A stretch of 64,000 bases of DNA from Patescibacteria group bacterium. Lineage in GTDB: Bacteria; Patescibacteriota; Minisyncoccia; Phycocordibacterales; UBA9973. Each line of letters begins with the position of its first letter. Position 1 is the stretch's first letter. Both the position numbers and the translations under genes were made by a program. Shown one piece after another: positions 47,443-57,906 of this stretch. A model generated the notes under the pieces. The model was not told the origin of the DNA and ran no database searches. It was given only the letters and a program-made list of their open reading frames with translations. The stretch lies in NCBI GenBank assembly GCA_038063915.1, contig JBBTUE010000001.1:23619-87618 (forward strand). The letters are read 5' to 3'.

Positions 47443-49143
47443 CTACTCAGCGTAGAAATCTACAACACTTGCGACTTCGTCGTAAGAAGTAATACCTTTT
47501 AAAATTTTAACTACTCCATCTTCCGCCATATCAAGAGTTCCTTGATGGCTTGCGACTTCTTTTATCTCTCTTTCGCTAGGATTTTTTGGTATTATTGCTT
47601 CTATCTCCTTATTATTATGAATAGCTTCAAATACTCCCATACGCCCTTTGTATCCAGTATTGTTGCACTCTAGACATCCGACTGGCTCATATATTTTAAA
47701 TGGAGAATTCATATCTACCCCATAACCACTAAAGTCTTTGTCGTGGGCTTTTGCGTTATCACTTACTTTTTTTATAATTCTCATCTCTTCTTCTCCTATG
47801 ACTTTCTCTTTTTTACAACTTACACATAGTTTTCTTACTAAACGCTGAGCAATAGATAATGAGAGGGCTGATACTAATATTTTAGGATTTACATCTAGAT
47901 CTATCAGACGTGGGATCACTCCCGCAGCATTATTGGTATGTAAAGTAGAGAAGACCAAGTGTCCAGTCAAAGCTGATTCAACGGCAATTTTTGCTGTTTC
48001 GCCATCTCGTATTTCTCCAACCATTATCACATCTGGGTCTTGACGAAGTGCAGAACGTAGGCCGTCGAGGAATGTGTAACCTTTTTCGCTATCAGTCTGA
48101 GTCTGAGTTATACCTGGCAAGTGATATTCAATAGGGTCTTCGATAGTTATTATCTTTATTTCTGTTGAATAAATTTTCTGGAGAAATGAATAGAGGGTAG
48201 TCGTCTTACCTGACCCAGTTGGACCAGTCAGAAGTATCATCCCGTTCGGTTTTTTAATCTCACGCATAAATACTTCAAATAATTTTGGCTCTATTCCCAT
48301 GTCTTCGAGTTTAACTCGGATAGATTTAGGGTTGAGAATACGCATAACTATTGATTCACCATAAGCACCTGGAATCAGAGAAACACGCAGACTGATTTCA
48401 TCTTGATCGAGATATATACTAAAGCGACCGTCTTGAGCTATAGATGAGTTAGTTATTTTCAGTCCAGCCAAAAGTTTAATACGAGAATTTATAAATTTGT
48501 GTATTGCAGGGTCGATCTCCATAACTGTATGAAGTACTCCATCAAGACGAAAACGCAATCTTACAGTTTTTTCTTCAGGTTCAAAGTGTAAATCGGATGC
48601 GTTGATGGCTATCGCACCAGCTAGTGCAATTTCTAGTATGTGAGATGTGGTATGAGCTTTATCTTTTTCTGTTTCCGTTATAGCTTTCTTAATATCTTCT
48701 ATATTATTGATACCCACCATTATTTTCTTAAGAGATTCTTCAGATATTGCTATACTTCCAGCTTTTGATTCTGATGCATAAGATATTTCTTTATATCTTT
48801 CCCAAGCCTTATTCAAACTAGCAAGCGACGCCATATAAAAATGAGGAATAAACCCGTGTTTAGTAAAATAATCAGTTAAGTTGGCGAGCTTATCTTCTTG
48901 TGGGGATCTGACTGCCACGTGAATATCTTTACCAAGGACCTTAAAAGGCGCGATTTCTTCTTCAATTGCCTCCTTTTCAGATATTGATCGAAGAGCGTCG
49001 TTATCAATAGGCAGTCCCGCCAAGTTTATAGGGGGGACCCCATATTTAGATTCAGCCAGTGCCTGCACTAGATCCTCCTCCTCCTGCTTCCTCAAGTCTC
49101 CTAGCTCCTTCTCCTCCTTTTCCTCATCAAATTGAATCGTCAT
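47443..49143 (-). CDS. pilB: type IV pilus assembly / type II secretion ATPase (GspE/PilB family)
   Basis: GspE N-domain, Walker A (ILLTGPTGSGKTTTLYS), Asp box, Walker B (IMVGEIRD), His box, and tetracysteine (CVSCKK...CLECNNTG). Start is probably MTIQFDEE at 49143. Confidence 0.85.
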   Translation of the reverse strand: MTIQFDEEKEEKELGDLRKQEEEDLVQALAESKYGVPPINLAGLPIDNDALRSISEKEAIEEEIAPFKVLGKDIHVAVRSPQEDKLANLTDYFTKHGFIPHFYMASLASLNKAWERYKEISYASESKAGSIAISEESLKKIMVGINNIEDIKKAITETEKDKAHTTSHILEIALAGAIAINASDLHFEPEEKTVRLRFRLDGVLHTVMEIDPAIHKFINSRIKLLAGLKITNSSIAQDGRFSIYLDQDEISLRVSLIPGAYGESIVMRILNPKSIRVKLEDMGIEPKLFEVFMREIKKPNGMILLTGPTGSGKTTTLYSFLQKIYSTEIKIITIEDPIEYHLPGITQTQTDSEKGYTFLDGLRSALRQDPDVIMVGEIRDGETAKIAVESALTGHLVFSTLHTNNAAGVIPRLIDLDVNPKILVSALSLSIAQRLVRKLCVSCKKEKVIGEEEMRIIKKVSDNAKAHDKDFSGYGVDMNSPFKIYEPVGCLECNNTGYKGRMGVFEAIHNNKEIEAIIPKNPSEREIKEVASHQGTLDMAEDGVVKILKGITSYDEVASVVDFYAE

Positions 49144-49320
49144 TATAGCCTTATTATATCGTACAAAATCACTAAATAGATACTTGACAATTGCTCGTAT
49201 ATATGCTATCATACCAGCAAACGGGTTTTCTCAAGTTAATTGATGTTTTTGCATGTTTTTCTCTGAATTTGAGGAATATATACAGAAACATCAATTTTCT
49301 AAACGACTAAACTCAAAAGC

Positions 49321-50166
49321 ATGAACATTAAAATCTTTTTGGTTGCGATGACCCTTTTGGGTTTTCAACCAATAAAAGGACAAATTAGTCCGTGTGTGAC
49401 CTATGATCAAAAAAGGACCATGGCTCAATTTAAAAACCTCATACTTTACGGGAAGGACCCGTTCATCTGGCGCCAATTGTGGCCAGAGTATGCGAGGTTA
49501 GGTAACATGATCCTGCAAACCTCCAAAGATTCATCTGTTAGAACAAAAGTTCTGTCAGCTGATCAAAAGAGTATGCAATGGTTAATGGACCACTCAAAGG
49601 ACTACGCCGAATCGTTTTATGACTGGAGTGATTACAGGAATGCTGGTAGAGAAAAGGATCAACTCATCTATACAAATTCGAAAGGGTTACCCAGTTCCTG
49701 GGTTGTACTTTCTTATAAAGATGTTGAGGGTATGTATGCCAAATTGGCATGCGGTAATGCCGAAGATCCAAAAGAGTATAAATCCTATACTCCACCGCCT
49801 ACTATAGTAACACCACCACCTGTGGTAGTTTTTCCACCACCTGTTGTTCCCAAAAAAGATACGGTGTATCTTCCTACTCCTCCGGTAAAAAAAAGATTGC
49901 CAGAATTAGTAACAAAAGAGGAAAAGAAACCGGTTCGTGATACTGTTTTTTATTTTGTAAAAGAGACAAAAACAATAATTCATGAAGGCGGTAATGACTG
50001 GAGTAGACCAGTAGGAAATTATTACGATCCCTACAGACCCCGTCCGCAAGTGTCATTTTGGATTAATGGCAGTAATAACAGGCAGAGTAATTATCAGCCT
50101 GACCGCCGCTTTGACCCTCAGGGCCTTGGTGGAGGTGGTAACCGCTGGGATCCACCTGGTGGATAA
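49321..50166 (+). CDS. secreted proline-rich hypothetical protein
   Basis: Signal peptide (IFLVAMTLLGFQP), Pro-rich tract (YTPPPTIVTPPPVVVFPPPVVPKKDTVYLPTPP), and a GGGGNRWDPPGG tail. Locally higher GC than its neighbours. Confidence 0.4.
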   Translation: MNIKIFLVAMTLLGFQPIKGQISPCVTYDQKRTMAQFKNLILYGKDPFIWRQLWPEYARLGNMILQTSKDSSVRTKVLSADQKSMQWLMDHSKDYAESFYDWSDYRNAGREKDQLIYTNSKGLPSSWVVLSYKDVEGMYAKLACGNAEDPKEYKSYTPPPTIVTPPPVVVFPPPVVPKKDTVYLPTPPVKKRLPELVTKEEKKPVRDTVFYFVKETKTIIHEGGNDWSRPVGNYYDPYRPRPQVSFWINGSNNRQSNYQPDRRFDPQGLGGGGNRWDPPGG

Positions 50167-50293
50167 AATGATTTAAGTGGGTTAACAAACGTAAAGAAGC
50201 TGTTTGAAATACAGCAGCTTCCTTACTTCTTTAAGTCTTGAACGCTTCGAAACCGTTGAAGGTTTAAAATTGTAAGATTAAATTAATATTAAT

Positions 50294-52618
50294 ATGAAAA
50301 ATTTTATGAAAAAAATAATAGTCGGAGTATTCTCACTAGCATTGATGCTCGTGGGTGTTAACATGGCGCAAGCAGCAGGATGGAATCAATATCCTGGCGA
50401 CTGCCCTGCAATTAATATAGGTAACTACAGTACTGGCCAAGGTATAAACCCTGGCTCTTGTTGGAACCTGACCAGTGTCTCGGCAACTGGTGGGCAAATT
50501 ATAAATGTCAAGATTTTTTACGACAATACAAACGGTGTTGCAGCGAATAATACAAATATTAGTCTTACAAAATCTCCTTCAGGTGCGAGTACAAATTTTT
50601 CCTTCTCAGGAAATCTAACTTCAAGTGCTGGTAACTTGCCATTTAGCCAAGTTACAGCAAATATTGCAACTTCTGAGACTTTGACGTTCAACCAAGCAAA
50701 ATGGTATCAAAACGGATCTTCTAGTCCTGTATCATTTCCTAGTGGTCAAACTGGCTCTGAAGCTTTTAGTGGAGGATTATCTCTAGGGACAATACCAAAC
50801 AATGATTGGGGGGCGATAGTATTCTCATTCAATGTTAGTTCAACTCAGCAAAGCATCTGTACAATTTCAAACTTCACTGCCAATGGTTCACAAACAGCAA
50901 ATATCTCTACTGGTCAGTCTGTAAATTTGGTTTGGAATACAACCGGCTGTACTTCAGTCACAGTTACAGGTTCAAATTACAACAACAACGCTCTAACTGG
51001 CAATCAAACAATTTATCCGACAACTTCAGGAACTTACACAATAAGTGCTTTTGGTCCAAATGGAGCTGTACCGACTCAGACTGTCTCTGTAAATATTACA
51101 AATACTCAGAGTAATTGCTACATAAATAGTTTCACCGCAAACGGTTCTTCAAATAATGTCTATATACAGATGAATAGCCCTGTCTATATAGTTTGGAGTA
51201 CCACTGGTTGTACATCAGCCACAGCTTCAGGCCTAGGGCTCTATAGCAACCAACTCTCAGGTAGTCAGACGATTTACCCATCATATTCAGGCAATGTTAA
51301 TCTAAATGCATACGGGAGTAACGGAAATCCAACACAGACTATTTATATAAACGTCGGTAATAATAATTACCAGACATGCCAAGACCCAAATGCTACTAAT
51401 TACGGTGGAGCACTTCCATGTAATTACTACAATCAATACAACAATTGTTATATAAATAGTTTTACAGCTAATGGCTCAAATTCCGTTAATATTAATTCAG
51501 GCCAAGCAGTCACACTTGCTTGGAATACAAATAATTGTACGTCAGTAAGTATTGCAGGTGTCGGTAGTAATCTACCAGCGTCTTATAGTCAAATTGTCTA
51601 TCCGACGTACACAACTACTTATGTCATGAATGCTTATGGTACTTATGGTGGAAACGCTAGCCGATCAGTAAGTGCAAATGTAAACAATGTTATATATCCA
51701 CCAATCTATAGTAATACATGTGCAGTCACTACAGTTGCAACAAATGTAACAAAGAATTCCGCTCAATTAAACGGTCTGGTAACAAATAATAATCAAAATT
51801 CAAATGCTTACTTTGAGTACGGTACCACCGTTGGCCTTGGGTCACGTACAAACGCACGTTCTACTAATGGTTCATTTAATGAAATCATAAGCGGTCTTAC
51901 AGAAGACACTATCTACTATTTCAGATCAGTAGCTGACTGCAGTGGAGGTACTAGTCGTGGAAAAATAGAAATTTTCAGCACTCTAGCTGAAAAAGTAATA
52001 AGACCTGTTATTATCCAAGGTACTACAGTTGTCGGTACACGCTCACCTATAATGCTAAAAATAGAAGATCGTTACCAATCAATCGGAGTAGGGGATATTG
52101 TAGATTATACTGTTACTTATAAAAATATAAGCAAGTTACTACTCTCTGATCCAGTTGTCCAAGTCGTAGTCCCTCGTGGAATTACAGTTATTAATTCTTC
52201 AGCAGGTACGTACTCCACAGACACAAATACCCTAACTGTACCACTTGAGAATCTAAAGCCAGGTGATGAAGGAGTGATATATGTCCAAGGGCGAGTAGAC
52301 TCGATCTCCTCAAACGTTGCTCAGATTGTCACAACTGCGATATTAGTATATACAGCTCCAAATAGTGCTCAAGAAAATGCAATTGCCTATGTGTTAAATA
52401 GTCCTAGAGAAATTGTACCTGTTGTAAAAGCAGATACAAATGGATTGGGTGCTGCCGCATTCTTTGCAGGCATATTCCCAACTACTTTACTTGGATGGTT
52501 GCTACTCATCGCACTGATTTTAGCTATCATTCTTGCTACTCGTAAATATGGTAGTAAGTCAGTAGTGCGTACAACTTCTCCAACTGGTAATCATACAACT
52601 ACGACTACAAGTTATTAA
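50294..52618 (+). CDS. cell-surface protein with three tandem ~85-aa Cys-pair Ig-like repeats, Fn3-like and DUF11-like domains and C-terminal TM anchor
   Basis: Signal peptide. Repeats built around C(Y/T)I(N/S)(S/N)FTANGS...W(N/S)TxxCTS. An Fn3-like segment (YFEYGTTVGLGSRT...TIYYFRSVA). C-terminal LGAAAFFAGIFPTTLLGWLLLIALILAIILATRKYGSK. Confidence 0.5.
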   Translation: MKNFMKKIIVGVFSLALMLVGVNMAQAAGWNQYPGDCPAINIGNYSTGQGINPGSCWNLTSVSATGGQIINVKIFYDNTNGVAANNTNISLTKSPSGASTNFSFSGNLTSSAGNLPFSQVTANIATSETLTFNQAKWYQNGSSSPVSFPSGQTGSEAFSGGLSLGTIPNNDWGAIVFSFNVSSTQQSICTISNFTANGSQTANISTGQSVNLVWNTTGCTSVTVTGSNYNNNALTGNQTIYPTTSGTYTISAFGPNGAVPTQTVSVNITNTQSNCYINSFTANGSSNNVYIQMNSPVYIVWSTTGCTSATASGLGLYSNQLSGSQTIYPSYSGNVNLNAYGSNGNPTQTIYINVGNNNYQTCQDPNATNYGGALPCNYYNQYNNCYINSFTANGSNSVNINSGQAVTLAWNTNNCTSVSIAGVGSNLPASYSQIVYPTYTTTYVMNAYGTYGGNASRSVSANVNNVIYPPIYSNTCAVTTVATNVTKNSAQLNGLVTNNNQNSNAYFEYGTTVGLGSRTNARSTNGSFNEIISGLTEDTIYYFRSVADCSGGTSRGKIEIFSTLAEKVIRPVIIQGTTVVGTRSPIMLKIEDRYQSIGVGDIVDYTVTYKNISKLLLSDPVVQVVVPRGITVINSSAGTYSTDTNTLTVPLENLKPGDEGVIYVQGRVDSISSNVAQIVTTAILVYTAPNSAQENAIAYVLNSPREIVPVVKADTNGLGAAAFFAGIFPTTLLGWLLLIALILAIILATRKYGSKSVVRTTSPTGNHTTTTTSY

Positions 52619-52673
52619 TTAATATCTTAGCAAAACCCTCTCGGCTTAGGCTGGGAGGGTTTTGTGTTAGTAT

Positions 52674-53117
52674 ATGTCTATGGAAATCATTGTTACCAAG
52701 GGCGAGCTCCAAGCCGTCGCGCACAAGCTAATAAAAAAAATTTACAGCCTCAAAAGTGGTACGGCTATTGTTGTTGCCCTTGAAGGTGAGCTCGGTAGTG
52801 GCAAGACGACTCTAACTCAAGAAATTGCTAAAATTCTCGGAGTCAAAGAGGGAGTCATCTCGCCAACTTTCGTGATTATGAAAAAATACAAAGTTAGTGA
52901 CAAAAAATTCAAACAGTTAATTCATATAGATGCCTACCGACTAAATAAAAGTTCAGAGTTACTACATCTTGGCTGGCAGGAACTGCTTGAAGATAAAAAC
53001 AATCTGATAATAATCGAGTGGCCGGGCAATGTACCAGAATGTATTCCAAGTAACGCTTGCCACCTCGAACTTGCTCACGATAAAGAGCACACTCGCACGA
53101 TAAAATTCAAAGCTTGA
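52674..53117 (+). CDS. tsaE: tRNA threonylcarbamoyladenosine biosynthesis protein TsaE
   Basis: IVVALEGELGSGKTTLTQEIAKILGV...SPTFVIMKKY...IHIDAYRL is the YjeE/TsaE P-loop pattern. Confidence 0.8.
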   Translation: MSMEIIVTKGELQAVAHKLIKKIYSLKSGTAIVVALEGELGSGKTTLTQEIAKILGVKEGVISPTFVIMKKYKVSDKKFKQLIHIDAYRLNKSSELLHLGWQELLEDKNNLIIIEWPGNVPECIPSNACHLELAHDKEHTRTIKFKA

Positions 53118-53181
53118 TTTTTCGTGGTTTTGTGGTAGTATTAGCCCAAAAGAAAAATCTTTTCACCCTAAATCTAAATAA

Positions 53182-54207
53182 GTGAATATATTTAAAAGTA
53201 GGATTTGGCTTAACTATTTTGTATACGCCATCCCTTTAACATTTACTTGGTATCTAACTAAAGGTATCCTTTATTTAGCTAACCTTGGGCATAGGTCAGA
53301 TGATATATTTGGTGTCTATCTGGTATTTGTCGGATTTGTGGTTCTCAGTATTATTATAGGAACGGTTTATGTAATATTAGAGATAAAAAAACCTTTTATC
53401 TTGAGATTTATACTTACTTTGATTTTTGGGATCTTGTTTATACCGACCTTTCTGTTATTTTTAATTGGGGGACTAGTTATTACTATCTTCCCAAAACTAA
53501 GTTGTCCTATCACTTACTTTATAAATATCCTCACGCAGTTTATGACTGGTATGTTTATTGTAAAAAAGGGCAACTTAAAATCCTTAAACAAAGGCAAAGC
53601 CATTTTAGTTTTGAACCATAGGAGTTCGGGCGACTATTCATTAGCATCTACAATCGCTGGATCAGCTCAATGGCGCGTCATGATAGGCGCGAATTTATGG
53701 AAAATTTGGTGGCTACGCTGGTTTTTTGACAGGATTGGTTTAAAGATTCCAAGAGAACAAGACAAAGCAGAAGAAAGAGCAGCAGCTGTTCGTGAAGCAC
53801 AAACATTTATAAATGAGGGGAAAAATGCAAAAGTTATTATTTTTTCGGAGGGGACAAGAAACCGTGATGATAATATTCCGATGCTTCCATTTAAACCTGG
53901 TGCGTTCAAATTGGCCTGCGATATGAAAGTACCAATCATCCCAATAGTAATAATCGGTATGCAATACTGGAGAAGGCCAAGTCCTCAAGACCCTACTTCG
54001 TTTAAAAAGAAAAAAAGAAAATTTTCCTTACGAAGTTTACCTAAAAAGGTCACCGCTTTCCTGGTATATATATTTAAGGAAGGGATTAATCCTACGATTA
54101 TCAAGGTTCATTACCTTGACCCTATAGAGTCAAGCGGGAAAGAACCCAAGGATTTACAGCAAGAAGTATGGTCTAAAATGTCCACGTTATATGAGAAGTA
54201 CTCGTAG
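53182..54207 (+). CDS. PlsC-family lysophospholipid acyltransferase with N-terminal polytopic membrane domain
   Basis: VLNHRSSGDY (HX4D), FSEGTRNRD (EGTR), and a PIIPIVIIG block. Four or five N-terminal TM segments. Confidence 0.65.
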   Translation: MNIFKSRIWLNYFVYAIPLTFTWYLTKGILYLANLGHRSDDIFGVYLVFVGFVVLSIIIGTVYVILEIKKPFILRFILTLIFGILFIPTFLLFLIGGLVITIFPKLSCPITYFINILTQFMTGMFIVKKGNLKSLNKGKAILVLNHRSSGDYSLASTIAGSAQWRVMIGANLWKIWWLRWFFDRIGLKIPREQDKAEERAAAVREAQTFINEGKNAKVIIFSEGTRNRDDNIPMLPFKPGAFKLACDMKVPIIPIVIIGMQYWRRPSPQDPTSFKKKKRKFSLRSLPKKVTAFLVYIFKEGINPTIIKVHYLDPIESSGKEPKDLQQEVWSKMSTLYEKYS

Positions 54208-54235
54208 GCCATATAATAAAAAGAAATGTTTGATT

Positions 54236-54266
54236 ATCGAGATACCTAATACGGTCTCGATTTTTT
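54236..54266 (+). terminator. Rho-independent terminator after the PlsC-family gene
   Basis: ATCGAGAT-(10-nt loop)-GTCTCGAT followed by TTTTTT. Confidence 0.55.
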
Positions 54267-54278
54267 AATACCCAAAAA

Positions 54279-54287
54279 TGCTATAAT
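54279..54287 (+). promoter_or_regulatory. polA extended -10 promoter element TGcTATAAT
   Basis: -10 ends 6 nt before ATG 54294, so the mRNA is leaderless or has a very short leader. Confidence 0.4.
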
Positions 54288-54293
54288 CGACTT

Positions 54294-56726
54294 ATGTCAA
54301 AAGGGAAAAATGCTCAAAAAAGACTTGTTTTGCTTGATGTTCACGCGATTATTCACCGCGCCTATCATGCCTTACCCGAATTTTCTAGTTCCAAAGGGGA
54401 ACCGACTGGGGCGATATATGGCCTAGCAACAATGCTTTTTAAAATCATCACCGAGCTCAAACCAGACTATATTGTAGCCTGCTTTGACTTACCCAAGAAA
54501 ACTTTTCGTCATGAAGCTTATGATAACTATAAAGCAGGTAGAGCAAAGACTGATGATGCATTAGTGGCGCAGATTATTCGCTCGCGAGATTTCTTTAAAG
54601 CTTTTTCTATACCAATGTATGAGTGTGAAGGTTTTGAAGCGGATGATTTACTAGGGACAATCGCTGAACATTTGAAAAACAATCACAAAGATGTCGACGT
54701 CATCATCGCATCAGGCGATATGGATACACTCCAACTTGTAGATGACGAAAAAGTCCGAGTCTACACTCTCAAGAAAGGAATCAACGATACTATTTTATAT
54801 GATGAAGATAAAGTCAAAGAGCGATTTGGATTTCTACCGAAATACTTACCAGATTATAAAGGGCTTCGCGGTGATCCGTCAGATAATATTATTGGCATCA
54901 AAGGCATAGGTGAGAAAACGGCTACGACCCTAATAGTAGAATATGGCACGATAGAAAAAATGTACGAAGCGATGAAGAAAAGCGACACAGTGGTACGCAA
55001 ACTCGGTATTACTGAGCGGATTTTTAATTTATTAAAAGATGGCGAGGAAGAAGCACTATTCTCAAAAACTCTCGCTACTATTCGTCGTGATGCGCCGATT
55101 AAGTTCGAGTTACCTAAAATGTCTTGGCGCGATACTGTGATCAAAGATGATGTAGCAGAATTTTTCCGTTATATGGAGTTCAAGAGTCTTCAGACAAGAT
55201 TTGTAAATATTTTAGATGGTAATGAAAATAAAAAAGCCTCGACCAAAGTCGGGGCCCCGATAGAGGTCAGGGAGGAAATTATAGACCCAAATATAAGTAG
55301 AGACAAATTAACCAAAGCTAAAATTGCTCTCTGGCTTCTCAATTCCGAGAAAACAGATCCAAATATGGATGATATTACTCACTATAAAGGAAGCTCTTCT
55401 TTTGACGAGGCATTCACCAAACTAGAGAGGGACATTGAGAAGGAGAATTTAACCTACGTCTACAAGGATATTGAGCTACCTATCATTCATATCATCGCGG
55501 GTATGGAAGAGCGGGGTATCAAAGTGGACCTAGAGTATTTAAAAAAGTTGTCAAAAGATTATCATACAGAGCTTACCAAAATAGAAAAAAGTATTTGGAA
55601 GATGGCGGGGCGAGAATTCAATATAAACTCACCAAAGCAATTAGGAGAAGTACTTTTTGATGAATTAAAAATTCAAGAGATGGGGGACAAGGGAGCACGC
55701 ACAAAAATGAAAAAGACTGCTGGTGGCGCCCGCTCGACTCGCGAAAGTGAACTCGAGAAACTAAAAGGAGAGCATCCAATTATAGATGAGATATTAAAGT
55801 ACCGTGAACTTCAAAAATTACTATCGACGTATATCGATACTATCCCAGAGCAAGTATCAAGTGATGGCCGTCTTCACGCAAAGTTTATCCAAACAGGTTC
55901 TTCAACTGGACGATTCTCGTCTCAGAATCCTAATTTACAAAATATTCCCATCAAGACAGAACTTGGTAAAAATATTCGAAAGAGCTTTGTCGCAGAGAGT
56001 GGTTATGTCCTCGCGTCTTTTGATTATTCGCAAATAGAACTTCGAGTTGCAGCGCTGATGTCGCAAGATCCATACTTCATAGAAGTATTCAAAGAGGGGA
56101 AGGATATTCACTCTGCGGTGGCGATGAAAGTTTTCGGCGTCAAAGAGAGTGATGTAACGTATGACATGCGTCGTCGCGCCAAGATTATTAACTTCGGAAT
56201 GCTCTACGGTATGGGGGTCAACGCCTTGCGCCAGAATATTGGCACTGACCGAAAAGAAGCGCAGATTTTCTATGATAATTATTTTGCCCAATTTCCGAGC
56301 ATCGTGGCTTATTTAGATAGTATTAAAAAATTCGCCAAGGACCATGGCTATACAGAGACGCTCTTTGGGCGCAAACGCTACTTCTCAGGCATTCGCTCAC
56401 CTATACCGTTTATCAAGGCTATGGCCGAGCGAATGGCTATCAACGCACCTATTCAAGGCACAGCTACGGCTGATATCATCAAGATTAGCATGAGAAGAGT
56501 TGAGGACGATCTAAAGAAAGCAGGGATACTAGACGATGTGCGACTTGTCCTCCAAGTCCACGATGAACTAGTATATGAGATAAAGGAGGATAAGGTAAAG
56601 CAGGCTATGAAGATAGTGGAAACGGCCATGAAGCACGTAATACCCAGTGAATTCTTGGCCAATTTAGAGTCAGTTCCGCTTGAAGTCTCATCGAGCTCTG
56701 GTCCAACTTGGGGGGATTTGAAGTAG
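54294..56726 (+). CDS. polA: DNA polymerase I (5'-3' exonuclease + polymerase, no 3'-5' exonuclease domain)
   Basis: 5' nuclease (RLVLLDVHAIIHRAYHA, GIKGIGEKTATTLI), Pol A motifs A (DYSQIELRVAAL), B (RRRAKIINFGMLYGM), and C (LQVHDELVYE). 810 aa. Confidence 0.9.
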   Translation: MSKGKNAQKRLVLLDVHAIIHRAYHALPEFSSSKGEPTGAIYGLATMLFKIITELKPDYIVACFDLPKKTFRHEAYDNYKAGRAKTDDALVAQIIRSRDFFKAFSIPMYECEGFEADDLLGTIAEHLKNNHKDVDVIIASGDMDTLQLVDDEKVRVYTLKKGINDTILYDEDKVKERFGFLPKYLPDYKGLRGDPSDNIIGIKGIGEKTATTLIVEYGTIEKMYEAMKKSDTVVRKLGITERIFNLLKDGEEEALFSKTLATIRRDAPIKFELPKMSWRDTVIKDDVAEFFRYMEFKSLQTRFVNILDGNENKKASTKVGAPIEVREEIIDPNISRDKLTKAKIALWLLNSEKTDPNMDDITHYKGSSSFDEAFTKLERDIEKENLTYVYKDIELPIIHIIAGMEERGIKVDLEYLKKLSKDYHTELTKIEKSIWKMAGREFNINSPKQLGEVLFDELKIQEMGDKGARTKMKKTAGGARSTRESELEKLKGEHPIIDEILKYRELQKLLSTYIDTIPEQVSSDGRLHAKFIQTGSSTGRFSSQNPNLQNIPIKTELGKNIRKSFVAESGYVLASFDYSQIELRVAALMSQDPYFIEVFKEGKDIHSAVAMKVFGVKESDVTYDMRRRAKIINFGMLYGMGVNALRQNIGTDRKEAQIFYDNYFAQFPSIVAYLDSIKKFAKDHGYTETLFGRKRYFSGIRSPIPFIKAMAERMAINAPIQGTATADIIKISMRRVEDDLKKAGILDDVRLVLQVHDELVYEIKEDKVKQAMKIVETAMKHVIPSEFLANLESVPLEVSSSSGPTWGDLK

Positions 56727-56761
56727 TAGCAGAAATGGATACATGGTGGTAGGATAATTAT

Positions 56762-57274
56762 ATGGCAGAAGACGTAAAATCAACAACAGACGAACTAAAA
56801 GACAAGTCGTATCGTGATGGATTGGTACACCTCATTCTTTCGCATTCGTATACTGTATTTTGGATGGCAGTTGTCCTTGGATTAATATTGGATATTTATG
56901 TTCCAATTGGTATTTTCTATGGACAAATGTATCAGTACGTCGGAGCAGGAATGATAATACTCGGATCTATTATTATCTACTGGGCCCAATCGACTACGAA
57001 CTGTACACTCCGAGAAGTAGAGAAGGGAATATGCCCTATTCGTGAGTTTGCTCGTGGTCCTTACAAATACAGTCGCAACCCAACCCATATTGGACTTTTT
57101 ATTATGACCCTCGGTCTTGCTTTTATTCTCAATTCACTGTTCTCTATTATTTTGGTAGTCGTAGCGTTTTTGATTACAAAATTAGTTTTTGTTAAAAAAG
57201 AGGAGTGTCTCCTTGAGGAAAAATACGGAGATATCTATTGTGATTATAAAAAGAAAGTTCGTACTTGGATATGA
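56762..57274 (+). CDS. isoprenylcysteine carboxyl methyltransferase (ICMT/PEMT)-family membrane methyltransferase
   Basis: Four TM segments and C-terminal GPYKYSRNPTHIGLF...EE..LEEKYGDIYCDYKKKV, which is the ICMT family signature. Confidence 0.55.
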   Translation: MAEDVKSTTDELKDKSYRDGLVHLILSHSYTVFWMAVVLGLILDIYVPIGIFYGQMYQYVGAGMIILGSIIIYWAQSTTNCTLREVEKGICPIREFARGPYKYSRNPTHIGLFIMTLGLAFILNSLFSIILVVVAFLITKLVFVKKEECLLEEKYGDIYCDYKKKVRTWI

Positions 57275-57906
57275 TATATATAATAGTCGGCAATGATATT
57301 AAAAAAAGGAATGAGTATATCCACTCACTTTCGCTTGTAGGTGAGTCTACGAGACTAGACCAAAACACGATAACAAAGGAAGGAATAATAGATTTAGCTC
57401 TCAGCCAGAATCTGTTTAACGAAAATCAAGTTCTCGTCGCAGACGGTATTCTTTCTTCAGACGATTTTTCTTTCTCAAAGGAGAATTTAGTCGAATTACA
57501 AAATTCTCCAAATACATTCGTTTTCTTGGAAGACAAGCTACTTGCAAGTGAGGAGAAGAAATACGATAAGTACGCTACCATCAAGCGCTTTCTAGATAAA
57601 AAGGTTGCAGATACTCCGAAGACCAATACTTTTGCTATTGCCGATGCATATGGTCGCCACGACAAGGTATCTACTTGGATTTTATACAGAGAGGCCATAG
57701 AGTCTGGCTCAGCGCCTGAGGCTATATCTGGAATGTTGTTTTGGAAGATAAAGAATATGGCACTAACAGGGACAAAGAATTTCTCGACTGATACTCTAAA
57801 GAAGCAATCGAGTGCCCTTGTATCGCTCTACCACCAATCACACAGAGGGGAGTCCGACCTATCTCTTGGGCTCGAGCAATTCATTCTAACATCACTAAGC
57901 AAATAA
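57265..57906 (+). CDS. possible DNA polymerase III delta subunit (HolA)-like protein, short
   Basis: MIYIIVGND... N-terminus and NTFAIADAYGRHDKVSTWILYREAIESGSAPEAISGMLFWKIKNMAL resembling HolA domain III. Only 213 aa, so the assignment is tentative. Confidence 0.3.
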   Translation: MDMIYIIVGNDIKKRNEYIHSLSLVGESTRLDQNTITKEGIIDLALSQNLFNENQVLVADGILSSDDFSFSKENLVELQNSPNTFVFLEDKLLASEEKKYDKYATIKRFLDKKVADTPKTNTFAIADAYGRHDKVSTWILYREAIESGSAPEAISGMLFWKIKNMALTGTKNFSTDTLKKQSSALVSLYHQSHRGESDLSLGLEQFILTSLSK

